64,000 bases of DNA from an uncultured Gemmatimonadales bacterium. GTDB taxonomy: Bacteria; Gemmatimonadota; Gemmatimonadetes; Longimicrobiales; Gaopeijiaceae. A model generated the notes under the pieces. It searched no databases. It was not told the DNA's origin and saw nothing but the letters and a program-made list of their open reading frames with translations. Both the position numbers and the translations under genes were made by a program. Positions 22,733 to 32,125 of the stretch are shown here, in pieces. Location: NCBI GenBank assembly GCA_963809895.1, contig CAWELD010000003.1, forward strand, positions 2,080,001-2,144,000, read 5' to 3'. Positions within the stretch are counted from its first letter, which is position 1. The number at the start of each line of letters is the position of its first letter.

Positions 22733-23778
22733 GCGTCGGGATCGTCGAAGAACGAGGCCTGGGCCTGGGAGAGCCCCGGGGGAGGCGTGTAGCCGAAGCG
22801 CCGGAAGGCGCGCGCGGTGGCCACGCGACCCCGCGGGGTGCGCATGAGGAAGCCCTCCTGGATGAGGAAGGGCTCGTAGACCTCCTCCAGCGTCATGGAG
22901 TCCTCACCCATGGCCACGGCCAGGGAGTTCAGGCCCACCGGCCCTCCCTCGAACTTCTCGATGAGCGTCTTGAGCACCCGGGCGTCCATCTCGTCCAGCC
23001 CGTACTCGTCGACGTCGAGAAGCTCCAGGGCGCTCTGGGCCACCTCCTGATCGATGACACCGTCGGCCCGCACCTGGGCGTAGTCGCGCACGCGCCGCAG
23101 GAGGCGGTTGGCGACCCGGGGCGTGCCCCGAGCGCGACGCGCCAGCTCGTCGGCACCCTCCGGGGTCGTCTCCACCTCGAGGATCTCCGCCGAGCGCCGC
23201 ACGATGGTGGCCAGCTCCTCGGGAGGATAGAAGTTCAGCCTCTGCACGATGCCGAAGCGGGCGCGCATGGGTGCGGTGAGCAGCCCGAAGCGGGTTGTGG
23301 CGCCGATGAGCGTGAAGGGCTCGATCTTCATGGTCATGGTCTGGGCGCGGGGTCCGTCGGACAGGCGGATGTCCACGTGCCAGTCCTCCATGGCCGGGTA
23401 GAGAAACTCCTCGATGATGGGCCGCAGCCGGTGGATCTCGTCGATGAAGAGGATGTCGCGAGGTCGCTGGTTCGTGAGGATCCCGACCAGGTCCGCGGGC
23501 TTCTCCAGCACGGGCCCCGAGGTGGTCTTGATGTTCACCCCGAGCTCGCGGGCCATGAGGGCGGCCAGGGTGGTCTTGCCCAGCCCGGGAGGGCCGTGGA
23601 AGAGGACGTGATCCAGGGGATCCCGCCGCTGCTTGGCCGCCTGGATGGCGATGGAGAGTGCCTCGCGCACCCGCTCCTGGCCGATGAACTCGCTGAGGCG
23701 CTGGGGGCGAAGCGAGGTCTCCGCCCGGTCCTCGTCCGCCAGGGCCTCGGGAGTGGTGATCTCGGTGCGGTCGGTCAT
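22729..23778 (-). CDS. ruvB: Holliday junction branch migration helicase
   Basis: [42 protein letters not shown]; start refined to ATG 23778. Confidence 0.98.
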   Translation of the reverse strand: MTDRTEITTPEALADEDRAETSLRPQRLSEFIGQERVREALSIAIQAAKQRRDPLDHVLFHGPPGLGKTTLAALMARELGVNIKTTSGPVLEKPADLVGILTNQRPRDILFIDEIHRLRPIIEEFLYPAMEDWHVDIRLSDGPRAQTMTMKIEPFTLIGATTRFGLLTAPMRARFGIVQRLNFYPPEELATIVRRSAEILEVETTPEGADELARRARGTPRVANRLLRRVRDYAQVRADGVIDQEVAQSALELLDVDEYGLDEMDARVLKTLIEKFEGGPVGLNSLAVAMGEDSMTLEEVYEPFLIQEGFLMRTPRGRVATARAFRRFGYTPPPGLSQAQASFFDDPDA

Positions 23779-23794
23779 GGGCGGGGGGCGGCTC

Positions 23795-24385
23795 CTAGCC
23801 TCGCTTCGAGAGCGCCTTGCGGATGAGGTCGTCAGCCGAGTCCGCGCCGCCGTCGGCCACAACGGCACGCACGGCGGCGTCGGCATCGGTGAAGGTGTAG
23901 CCCAGCGCCACCAGCGCCGCCACCGCCTCCTGGCTGCCCGGTGTCGCCGGCGCGTCGGCCCCACCACCGCCCACGGCCAGGTCCGTCACCTTGTCCGCCA
24001 GCTCCAGGGCGATACGCTCGGCGGTCTTCTTGCCCACCCCGCTCACCTGCTTGAGGGCGTTGACGTCCTTCTCCACCAACGCACGGGCCAGGCGGTGCGC
24101 GGTGTACGTGCTCAGGAGAGAAACGGCCAGCTTGGCCCCGACACCGGTGGCGCCGAGCAAGCGCCGGAACAACTCGCGCTCATGGGCCTCCAGAAAGCCG
24201 TAGAGCGCCACCGAGTCCTCGCGCACCACCTGCAGGACTCGCAGCTCCAGCGAGGCGCCGGCCGGCGGTAGCCGCTGGAAGACCGTAAGAGGAACGTCCA
24301 CCTCGTACACGACGCCGCCACCGGTCTCGATCTCCACCCGGTCCGGGGCGCGGGCGACGAGCGTGCCTTTCAGGCGAGAGATCAT
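23795..24385 (-). CDS. ruvA: Holliday junction branch migration protein
   Basis: [39 protein letters not shown]. Confidence 0.97.
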   Translation of the reverse strand: MISRLKGTLVARAPDRVEIETGGGVVYEVDVPLTVFQRLPPAGASLELRVLQVVREDSVALYGFLEAHERELFRRLLGATGVGAKLAVSLLSTYTAHRLARALVEKDVNALKQVSGVGKKTAERIALELADKVTDLAVGGGGADAPATPGSQEAVAALVALGYTFTDADAAVRAVVADGGADSADDLIRKALSKRG

Positions 24386-24478
24386 GGGCGGCGGGCGTCC
24401 GTGGAGCTTTGGGATCTGTTCGGCTTCAACATAGCAGCCCGCGGTGGCGTTCCGACAGTCGCCGAGGGGTCCGCGCGC

Positions 24479-24988
24479 TCAGAAGCGTGCCCAGGGGCCC
24501 GCCATGCAGTGGCAGAGCGCGACCGCCACCCCGTCGGCGGCGTCATGGGGCGCGGGCGGATCCTTCAGGCGCAGCTGCTGCTGGACCATGTAGGCCACCT
24601 GGTCCTTGGTGGCGCGGCCGGTGCCGACCACCGCCTTCTTCACCTCGGGTGCCGTGTATTCGGCCAGGGGGATCTCACGCAGGCTCACCGCCAGCAGGAT
24701 GGCGCCCCGGGCGTGTCCCAGCGTGAGCGCACTGCGGGCGTTCTTGCCCTGGAAGACGTCCTCCACCGCCACCGCGTTCGGCCGGTGGCGCTCCATGACA
24801 CCGTCCACGCCCTCGTAGACCTCGCGGATGCGGCGGGCCAGGGGGTGGCCGGCGCTGGTGCGGATCACGCCGCACTCCACGAGGCGGACCGAGCCGTCGC
24901 GGTCCCGCCGCACCACGCCGTAGCCGGTGACCGCCGTCCCGGGATCGACGCCCAGGACGATGCGGACCCCGTCGTCGGCGTCGGTCAC
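24479..24988 (-). CDS. ruvC: Holliday junction resolvase
   Basis: LGVDPG...TGYGV, AVEDVF, GHARG, VKKAVVGTGRATKDQV, DAADGVAVALCH; GTG start about 24988. Confidence 0.96.
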   Translation of the reverse strand: MTDADDGVRIVLGVDPGTAVTGYGVVRRDRDGSVRLVECGVIRTSAGHPLARRIREVYEGVDGVMERHRPNAVAVEDVFQGKNARSALTLGHARGAILLAVSLREIPLAEYTAPEVKKAVVGTGRATKDQVAYMVQQQLRLKDPPAPHDAADGVAVALCHCMAGPWARF

Positions 24989-25031
24989 GGCCGGCCCCCT
25001 CTGCCGCTGGCGGTCATGGATTCGGCCGCCC

Positions 25032-25778
25032 CTACGAGGCTTCGGCCAGTACCGCCTCGTCGATGTCGGCGTTGGAATGGACATTCTGGACGTCGTCCAG
25101 CTCGTCCAGAGCGTCCAGGAGCCGGAGCAGCTTCTCGGCGTCCTTTCCGGCGATGGCGACTTCGTTCTGGGGGATCATGGAGAGCTCGGCCTCGGAAAAC
25201 TCCACCCCGCCCTCCCTGAGGCCGTCCTGGACCTCGTGGAAGGAGGTCACGTCGGTGGTGACCACGAACTCGTCGTCCTCGCGCTTCACGTCTTCGGCGC
25301 CGGCCAGGAGCGCCGCCTCCAGAACGGCGTCTTCGTGGTAGCGCCCCGCGTCCACGTAGATCTGGCCCTTGCGGTCGAACTGCCACGCCACCGAGCCCGT
25401 GGTGCCCAGGCTACCGTCGTGGCGCCCCAGCGCGTGTCGGATGTCGGCCACCGTACGGTTCGCGTTGTCGGTGAGCGTCTCGATGAAGAGGGCGACGCCG
25501 CCGGGCCCGTACCCCTCGTAGGTGACCTCTTCGTAATTGACACCCTCGAGCTCGCCGGTGCCCTTCTTGATGGCCCGGTCGATGTTGTCGGCGGGCATGT
25601 TGGCGGCCTTGGCCGTGTCCACGGCGAGGCGCAGGCGTGGATTGAAGTCGGGATTGCCGCCGCCCTGTCGGGCCGCGACCGTGATCTCACGGATCAGCTT
25701 GGTGAAGTGCGCACCGCGCTTGGCGTCGTTCACCGCCTTCTTGCGCTTGATCTGAGCCCATTTGCTGTGGCCGGCCAC
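25032..25778 (-). CDS. yebC: YebC/PmpR family protein
   Basis: (M)AGHSKWAQIKRKK, YEGYGPGG, TDNANRT, DDVQNVHSN. Confidence 0.97.
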   Translation of the reverse strand: MAGHSKWAQIKRKKAVNDAKRGAHFTKLIREITVAARQGGGNPDFNPRLRLAVDTAKAANMPADNIDRAIKKGTGELEGVNYEEVTYEGYGPGGVALFIETLTDNANRTVADIRHALGRHDGSLGTTGSVAWQFDRKGQIYVDAGRYHEDAVLEAALLAGAEDVKREDDEFVVTTDVTSFHEVQDGLREGGVEFSEAELSMIPQNEVAIAGKDAEKLLRLLDALDELDDVQNVHSNADIDEAVLAEAS

Positions 25779-25851
25779 GGCTCGAACCTCCCGAAAACAC
25801 GCCCTTGGATTCCTGCGGGGTCCATAACTTACCTCTCGGGCGGGGGAAGGA

Positions 25852-26742
25852 TCAATCGCCACCGCCGGAGTCGAGAAGCCCCGAGAAGCAGGGTTTTCCG
25901 GCCAGCGCCTCGTCCAGCCCGTCCAGGTCGAAGACATGGGCCTGTGGGGCGCCGGCCGTGGGGCGCAGGATGACCTCGAGCCGCCGAGCGCCGAGGGCGG
26001 CCACGGTGAGACGCTCGAGATCCGCGTCCGGCACCACCGCGGCGTCGGACGGGCCCGACGACACTCCCCACACCCCGTCGCTCCAGGCACCACCGTCCAG
26101 TCGCAGGCGAACCGCCACATGGTCTCCCCCGAGACTGGCCCCCGTGCCCAGCGTCAGGTAGCGGCGGCCGCTTTGACCACACGCCCAGCTCAGAATGGCG
26201 GGCGTGTCACGAGCGAAGACCGCCGCATAGCCGACGCCTGGTTCCTCGTCGTCGGATACGGCGAAGTTCCCGACACGCGCCTGACCCGCCCGCAGCGCGA
26301 AGTGGGTCAACAGCGAGTCGGGAACCGCCTGGGCGGAGGCCAACGTCAGCCGCAGGATGGGCTCCTTCCGCACCGGCGCCACCCAGGTGCCCACGTATCC
26401 ATCTCCGGTGGCGTCGAAGGCGTGGAAGCGCAGTCCTTCCGGAAACGCCACGAGCTGGTGAGGCAGCGGGGCCTGCACCCACTGTCCGGGCGCGATCCGG
26501 GCGACGCGGGTGTGGTGGAAGCACCGGTCCAGGAAGACCGTGAGCGTGTCCGAGGTGGGATTCTCCAGGCGCACCCGCACGGGCCGCACCTGGCCGTCCC
26601 GCAGCAGGAGGGGCGGCGGGCACCGGTCCATGGTACCCCCCGCGGGCGTGGGTGTCTGGGGCGGTCGGGGTCCACCGCACGCGGCGACCAGGACGGCGCT
26701 CAGAGCGGCCAGTAGACGCCGGCGAGGCGACAGAAGGGGCAT
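25852..26742 (-). CDS. Hypothetical lipoprotein
   Basis: Basic N-terminus, hydrophobic stretch, lipobox VAAC, Pro-rich linker; no family recognised. Confidence 0.65.
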   Translation of the reverse strand: MPLLSPRRRLLAALSAVLVAACGGPRPPQTPTPAGGTMDRCPPPLLLRDGQVRPVRVRLENPTSDTLTVFLDRCFHHTRVARIAPGQWVQAPLPHQLVAFPEGLRFHAFDATGDGYVGTWVAPVRKEPILRLTLASAQAVPDSLLTHFALRAGQARVGNFAVSDDEEPGVGYAAVFARDTPAILSWACGQSGRRYLTLGTGASLGGDHVAVRLRLDGGAWSDGVWGVSSGPSDAAVVPDADLERLTVAALGARRLEVILRPTAGAPQAHVFDLDGLDEALAGKPCFSGLLDSGGGD

Positions 26743-26758
26743 GAAGGGCTCCGGACAG

Positions 26759-26782
26759 GATGTTCTACAACTGTAGCACATC
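26759..26782. promoter_or_regulatory. Palindromic operator with BlaI/MecI/CopY-type core TACA-NN-TGTA
   Basis: GATGTTCTACA-AC-TGTAGCACATC (10 of 11 arm positions match), overlapping an extended -10-like TGCTACAGT on the minus strand. Confidence 0.6.
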
Positions 26783-26838
26783 GTCCGTACGCGTACGAGG
26801 CCCCGCACCTTTCAGCCCCGTCCGGCGCCCGGCGCCGG

Positions 26839-28941
26839 TCAGTGCTCCTGGGACTCCTCGTCCTGTCGGGCCGCGACGATCTTCGACGCCTCGTGATCGG
26901 GCACGTACTCGTAGCCCATGAAGCGCCTGGCGTGGTGTGCACGCCCCTGCGTCATGGAGCGCAGCGCGGCGGCATAGCGGTACAGTTCCGCCTCCGGGAC
27001 CTGGGCCTTGATGGTGGCGCGTCCGTCCTGCGAGTCCATGCCCAGGACCCGGCCACGACGCTGGTTGATGTCGCCCATGACGTCGCCCATGAACTCCTCG
27101 GGGGTGGTGATCTCCACCTCCATGATGGGCTCCAGGATCTTGGGGCGCGCCTGGTTCGCCACCTTCTGGAAGGCCATGGACCCCGCCACCTTGAAGGCGA
27201 TGTCCGAGGAGTCCACGGAGTGGTAGGACCCGTCGTAGACCTCCGCCGCGAAGTCGACCACCGGATACCCGGCGATCAGTCCACGCTCGGCAGCCTCCTG
27301 AATCCCCCGATCCACCGAGGGCACGTACTTGCCGGGAATCACGCCCCCCTTGATGGAGTCCTGGAACTCGTACCCGCTGCCCCGGGGCAGCGGCTTGAGG
27401 CGAACCCAGCAGTCGCCGAACTGGCCCCGGCCGCCCGTCTGCTTCTTGTAGCGTCCCTGTCCCTCGGCGCTGGCCGTGATGGTCTCCCGGTACGCGATGC
27501 GCGGCTGCTCCGTCTCCACCGAGACGTTGTACTTACGCTTGAGGCGCTCGATCTGCACGTCGAGGTGCTGCTCGCCCAGCCCCCGGGCGATGGTCTGGTG
27601 CAGCTCGGGGTGGAAGTCCGCGTGGAAGGTGGGATCCTCCTCGTGGAGCTTGGGCAGCACCTCGCCCAGCTTGTCGTCGTCGTTGCGCGTGCTGCCCTTG
27701 ATAGCCACGGAAATGTCGGGCCGGGGGAACTGGATTCCCTCGAGGGCCAGGGGCCGGGACGACGAGCACAGCGTGTCGTTGGTGTGGGTGTGGCGGAGCT
27801 TGGCCACGACACCGATGTCACCGGCGTGGAGGCGATTGACCTCGTGGCGGTCCTTTCCCAGCGGAATCGACAGGTGGTTGAGCTTTTCCGTGGCGTTGGC
27901 CGACGCGTTCACGACCTCGGCGCCGTTGGTCACCGATCCGGAGAAGATGCGGAAATACGAGAGCTCGCCCACGTGGGGCTCCGTGGTGGTCTTGAAGACC
28001 AGGGCCGCCAGAGGACCGCCGTCCTCGCAGTGCAGCTCCAGCGTCTCCTCGAGCCCCACGCGCCGGGCGGTCTCGCCGCCGGCCTCGGCCGGGCTCGGAA
28101 ACAGCTCCACCATCTTCTTGAGGAGCGCGCGCATGCCGTAGGTGTTGATGGCCGAGCCGCAAAACAACGGCACGAACTCTCCCCGGGCCATGCCCCTCGC
28201 CATGGCTTCCACGGCCTCCTCGCGGGAGATGTGCCCACCCTCGAGGTAGTGCTCGAGCAGGGTCTCGTCGGTGGTGGCCAGCGTCTCCTGAAGCTCGGTC
28301 TCCCATTCGTCGAATCGGCCCTGGAGCTCCTCCGGGATGTCACCCTCCTCGTACTCCCCGGCCTTGGAGCCCGCCTTGTACAGGTGAGCCCGCTCGCTGA
28401 AGAGGTTGATGATGCCGTGGAAGTCGGGGCCCTGGCCGATGGGGATCTCCACCGGGATCACCTTCTCGGTGAGGCGCGCCTTGATGTCCTGGTAGACGCT
28501 CTCGAAGTCGGCGTTCTCCTTGTCCATCATGGACACGAAGATCATGCGAGGCAGAGCGCGCGCCTCGCAGTATTCCCACACCTTCTCCGTTCCCACCTCG
28601 ACGCCCGACGTGGAGGCCACGACGACGAGTCCGGCGTCGGCCACCCGCACGGCGGACAGCGTCTCACCGGTGAAGTCCAGGTATCCCGGCGTGTCCAGCA
28701 GGTTGATCTTGGTGCCCTCCCACTCGGCGTACGCCGGCGTGAGCTGGATGGAAATCCCACGGGAGATCTCTTCGGGTGCGTGCATGGTGAGGGCCTGTCC
28801 CTCGTCCACGCTCCCGTGGCGCCGCGACGTTCCCGCCACGAAACACAGTGCGTCCACGAGGCTCGTCTTGCCCGAACCGCCGTGGCCCAGGACAGCCACA
28901 TTCCGGATTGCCTCCGTGGAATATTCCTTCGCCGACGCCAT
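26839..28941 (-). CDS. Elongation factor G paralog (EF-G2/FusA-like)
   Basis: Full five-domain EF-G layout (IRNVAVLGH, DTPG, YRETI, KKQTGGRGQFG, DGSYHSVDSS, ILEPIM); outside the str operon; degenerate G motifs. Confidence 0.92.
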   Translation of the reverse strand: MASAKEYSTEAIRNVAVLGHGGSGKTSLVDALCFVAGTSRRHGSVDEGQALTMHAPEEISRGISIQLTPAYAEWEGTKINLLDTPGYLDFTGETLSAVRVADAGLVVVASTSGVEVGTEKVWEYCEARALPRMIFVSMMDKENADFESVYQDIKARLTEKVIPVEIPIGQGPDFHGIINLFSERAHLYKAGSKAGEYEEGDIPEELQGRFDEWETELQETLATTDETLLEHYLEGGHISREEAVEAMARGMARGEFVPLFCGSAINTYGMRALLKKMVELFPSPAEAGGETARRVGLEETLELHCEDGGPLAALVFKTTTEPHVGELSYFRIFSGSVTNGAEVVNASANATEKLNHLSIPLGKDRHEVNRLHAGDIGVVAKLRHTHTNDTLCSSSRPLALEGIQFPRPDISVAIKGSTRNDDDKLGEVLPKLHEEDPTFHADFHPELHQTIARGLGEQHLDVQIERLKRKYNVSVETEQPRIAYRETITASAEGQGRYKKQTGGRGQFGDCWVRLKPLPRGSGYEFQDSIKGGVIPGKYVPSVDRGIQEAAERGLIAGYPVVDFAAEVYDGSYHSVDSSDIAFKVAGSMAFQKVANQARPKILEPIMEVEITTPEEFMGDVMGDINQRRGRVLGMDSQDGRATIKAQVPEAELYRYAAALRSMTQGRAHHARRFMGYEYVPDHEASKIVAARQDEESQEH

Positions 28942-29000
28942 GCAACCTCCTATCGCTCAATGCGTGCTGGTTTCAGGGATCACCGGGGGGAGGGGCCGGT

Positions 29001-29030
29001 AGGATAGAGGCCCGGTGACGACATGGTCAA
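29001..29030 (-). promoter_or_regulatory. Putative sigma70 promoter of EF-G paralog (TTGACC-N18-TATCCT)
   Basis: Minus-strand hexamers just past a terminator-like hairpin and about 60 nt upstream of the GGAGG-ATG. Confidence 0.5.
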
Positions 29031-29037
29031 GCATGTG

Positions 29038-29071
29038 AAACGGGGACCGGAGTGCGCTCCGATCCCCGTTT
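29038..29071 (-). terminator. Stem-loop terminator after S46 peptidase gene
   Basis: AAACGGGGATCGGAG-CGCA-CTCCGGTCCCCGTTT (minus strand), 20 nt after the stop. Confidence 0.7.
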
Positions 29072-29091
29072 GGACTTCGGTCACGGCCCGC

Positions 29092-31410
29092 TCAGCGGCG
29101 GGCCCGGTCCGCCTCCGCTTCGGTGGAGTAGAGCGTTCCGTCCACCACCTCCGCCACCAGGCGATCCATGTCGTAGGCGGTGTCGAGGGCGGCCAGGATC
29201 CCACGGGAATCCACGGCCACCGAACGGTTCAACTCCGGCAGATAGATGTAGTCTCCGGGCAGGCTCTCGATGTTACCGTCGAAGACCAGGCCCACGAGCT
29301 TCAGGTCCTTGCTCAGGACCGGTGAGCCCGAGTTGCCGCCGATGATGTCCGCGGTGGACACGAAATCGAGGGGCGTGGACAGATCCAGTCCCTCGGGCGG
29401 GGTGGCCCAGCGCGGCGGCAGGGCCCAGGGCGAGTCCTCGTCGTCTCCGTACATGTGCTGGAACGAGAAGTGGCGGTCGTACATGCCGTAGAAGGTGGTC
29501 ACGATGGGCGCCTCGGTCCCGTTGTACGGGTATCCCTTCACGACACCGTCGGCGATGCGCAACGAGAAGGTGGCGTCGGGCGGCAGGTCGGTGCCGTACA
29601 CCTCGAAGCGCGCGCGACCCAGCTTGGCCGCGACCTCCGTCTCCCTCTGGGTCAGCCCGGAGATCCCCTGCTGGAAGCGCGCGAACGTGGGCACGTAGAA
29701 GCCCACCAGGCGAATGGCGGCATCGTTCACGTCGAGGGTGCCGCGGCGCACCGCCTCGACGGCCGACGCCGAATCGGACAGGACCGACTGGTCGTGAATC
29801 GCGGCGGCGGCGCCTTCGGGCGTGCGCCCGCGCAGAATGTTGCGGACCCAGTTGGCGTCTTCACCGTAGGCGTCGATGAAGTCCTGGATGCGGGCCTCGA
29901 TGAGGAGCTGATCCAGCACGTCGGGCTGGTTCTTCACCGCTTCGAGCTGGTCCATGAGGCCCGCCGTGGCCGACTCGGGGGCACCGTTCTGGCGCGCATT
30001 GACGATCTGGAAGGCCAGCAGGGCCCGATAGAGGGTGGCCGATGCGTAATCGCCACTGGTGAGGGCGAGGAACGCGTCGAATCCGGGACCCAGGGCGCGC
30101 TTCTGTTGCTGGATCTGCGCCATCTCGTCCATGAGCCCGCCGTACTGTTGGGCCAGCGCCGGATCCGCCTGGATCGCCTCCCGGAACTGCTCGTCGGTGT
30201 CGCGCCGCCGGGCCAGGATCACCGGGTCGCGGAGCCCCTCGAGCTGGCCCTGATAGGCCTTCTCGGAATTGCGCAGCCCGAAGAGGGTGTTGCGCAGGTC
30301 GTAGCGCTCGGCTTCATCGGGGAAGGCGTCGATGAACTCCTGGAAGACCTCCGCCCGGCTCTTGAGAAACTCCAGCACGCCCTTGTCGCCCACATCGCGC
30401 CGGAATTCGAGCTCCGCCACCGTCTGGAGTCGGGACGTGGAGCCCGGATTGCCGACGATGAAGATGGGCTCACCCTGCGACACGCCGTCGGGATCGAAGG
30501 GAAAGTAGTTCGGCGTGTCCAGCGGCTGGCCGTCGTCACCGTAGATGCGGAAGAAGGAGAAATCGAGGTTGTAGCGAGGATACGTGAAGTTGTCCGGATC
30601 CCCGCCGTAGAAGCCGATCTGGAGCTCGGGCACCATGACCAGCTTGGCGTTGGTGTAGCGCTTGAAGACGTACGCCGAATAGAGGCCGCCGTTGTAGAGG
30701 CTGATGACCTCGACCTGGATGCCGGCGTCCTCCCCGCCCCGCGCCTCGGCCAGGCGGTTCTGGATGTCGTCGGTGGCGCTCTGGAGCGCCTGGGCCCGGT
30801 CCTGACCGGTCTTGTCGCCCACCTTGGACTCCACCTCGGCGGTGACGTCGACGATGGCGATGAGCTGGTCGGCGTGGAAGTCCTCCACCGGCCGCTCTTC
30901 GTCGAGGCTGTGGGCGTAGAAGCCGTTGTCCAGCACGTCCTCGCCCTCCTCGGCCGAGGCCGTGGCGAACTCGCGGGCGCAGTGGTGGTTGGTGAGCAGC
31001 AGCCCGTGGGGCGAGACGAACGACGCCGAGCAACCCTCGATGCGGAGCGCGCCCAGCCGCGCGTGGGCGAACCAGGCGCTGTCGGGCTCGAAGCCGTAGG
31101 TGTCGGCGAAATACTGCGTGGGCGGATACTCGAAGGTCCACATCTTGCCCTGGTCGAAGCGCCCGGCGTGCACCGTGTCCAGGTCCACACCGTAGAGCTG
31201 CATGGGAGCCTCGACCACGCCTCCCGGTGACTCGTCGGTGCGGACGGTCTCGGGAGGAGTGGCGCTCTGCGCGGGCTCGGCCGGTGCGGGCCGGGGTGCC
31301 GGCGGTGGCGCGGGCTCCGGGCTGCCGCCGCAGGACAGGGCAGCGACCAGAAGGGGAAGCAGGGCGCGCCGCGAGCGGCCGCCGACGATATGGGCGAGGG
31401 AGCGGATCAT
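29092..31410 (-). CDS. S46 family dipeptidyl peptidase (lipoprotein)
   Basis: Lipobox ALSC, QGKMW, GCSASFVS..GLLLTNHHC, GGDPDNF.YPR, DIIGGNSGSPV, GLVFDGN. Confidence 0.93.
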   Translation of the reverse strand: MIRSLAHIVGGRSRRALLPLLVAALSCGGSPEPAPPPAPRPAPAEPAQSATPPETVRTDESPGGVVEAPMQLYGVDLDTVHAGRFDQGKMWTFEYPPTQYFADTYGFEPDSAWFAHARLGALRIEGCSASFVSPHGLLLTNHHCAREFATASAEEGEDVLDNGFYAHSLDEERPVEDFHADQLIAIVDVTAEVESKVGDKTGQDRAQALQSATDDIQNRLAEARGGEDAGIQVEVISLYNGGLYSAYVFKRYTNAKLVMVPELQIGFYGGDPDNFTYPRYNLDFSFFRIYGDDGQPLDTPNYFPFDPDGVSQGEPIFIVGNPGSTSRLQTVAELEFRRDVGDKGVLEFLKSRAEVFQEFIDAFPDEAERYDLRNTLFGLRNSEKAYQGQLEGLRDPVILARRRDTDEQFREAIQADPALAQQYGGLMDEMAQIQQQKRALGPGFDAFLALTSGDYASATLYRALLAFQIVNARQNGAPESATAGLMDQLEAVKNQPDVLDQLLIEARIQDFIDAYGEDANWVRNILRGRTPEGAAAAIHDQSVLSDSASAVEAVRRGTLDVNDAAIRLVGFYVPTFARFQQGISGLTQRETEVAAKLGRARFEVYGTDLPPDATFSLRIADGVVKGYPYNGTEAPIVTTFYGMYDRHFSFQHMYGDDEDSPWALPPRWATPPEGLDLSTPLDFVSTADIIGGNSGSPVLSKDLKLVGLVFDGNIESLPGDYIYLPELNRSVAVDSRGILAALDTAYDMDRLVAEVVDGTLYSTEAEADRARR

Positions 31411-31496
31411 AGGGTTCGGTCTCTCGGATTCCGGGTCCCGGCGCCCCGTGCGCCAGGACCCTCTGAAGGTGGCGGGTTCACCCCCTGAAATACAGT

Positions 31497-31525
31497 GGCA
31501 GCGGGCAGGAGATCCGCCCGCCGCC
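31497..31525 (-). terminator. Putative terminator hairpin of the RND operon
   Basis: GGCGGCGGGCGG-loop-CTGCCCGCTGCC followed by ACTGTATTT on the minus strand, about 35 nt after the DUF2892 stop. Confidence 0.5.
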
Positions 31526-31558
31526 CCTCCTTCACCTTCGAGGCACACCGCCTTCGGG

Positions 31559-31774
31559 TTATCCGCCGTTGGCCGGGGTCATGCGGTCCTTGTGGATTCC
31601 CGTGGCCCGCAGGATGTCTTCCATGAGGCACCAGCGCGTGAACGAGGACTGGATCAGGTTCAGGCCCACGAAGGCGGTGAACAGGTACCACCAGGGACTG
31701 ACCCAGTGCCCCAGCGCGAGACTGGCCAGGATGAAGGTCCCGGCAATCATCCGGATCTTGGCTTCCATGGTCAT
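31559..31774 (-). CDS. DUF2892 / YgaP-like small membrane protein
   Basis: IRMIAG, two TM helices, FVGLNLIQSSFTRWCLME signature. Confidence 0.88.
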   Translation of the reverse strand: MTMEAKIRMIAGTFILASLALGHWVSPWWYLFTAFVGLNLIQSSFTRWCLMEDILRATGIHKDRMTPANGG

Positions 31775-32115
31775 GTTTCGTTCTCCGAGTGCTGATTCTC
31801 GGGCGCGTCTTCGTCCGGGGACCGGGAGTCCACGGTGCGCTCGATGTCGAGTTGAACCGCGTGGACCGGGTGGCGCGGGTCGGCCAACCCGTCCAGGGTC
31901 TCCACCGCGTCCATGAGGGCCGCGGCCCGGTCCTCGGGGACCAGGGTGAACGCCATGCGCGACCGGTAGGGCGACACGGCGCCGTACCAGCCGGCGAGCC
32001 CGGCACCGTGCCCCTCCAGCGGCATTCGGCTCCAGGCCAGCACCCCGTGCTCGTGAAGGAGGTGCGCCACGCGCACGTCGTCGTCTTCCAGATAGAGAAG
32101 CAGTAGCAGCTTCAT
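31771..32115 (-). CDS. PII-like (GlnB-fold) transporter-associated protein
   Basis: Pattern MKLL...V..LL...GV..WS...EGHG...LVPED...LMDAV...VHAVQLDIE parallels the PII beta-alpha-beta fold; about 114 aa; inside the RND operon. Confidence 0.6.
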   Translation of the reverse strand: MKLLLLLYLEDDDVRVAHLLHEHGVLAWSRMPLEGHGAGLAGWYGAVSPYRSRMAFTLVPEDRAAALMDAVETLDGLADPRHPVHAVQLDIERTVDSRSPDEDAPENQHSENET

Positions 32116-32125
32116 GATGATCTCC

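Noticed and set aside
31440..31558. Possible cobalamin riboswitch (minus-strand CTGCCCGCTGCCACTGTA resembles the GCCACTG core)
   Set aside because: The AGGGAA/CCGGTG-AA-TCC elements and the B12 box are missing; the segment is better explained as the 3' arm of a terminator-like hairpin.
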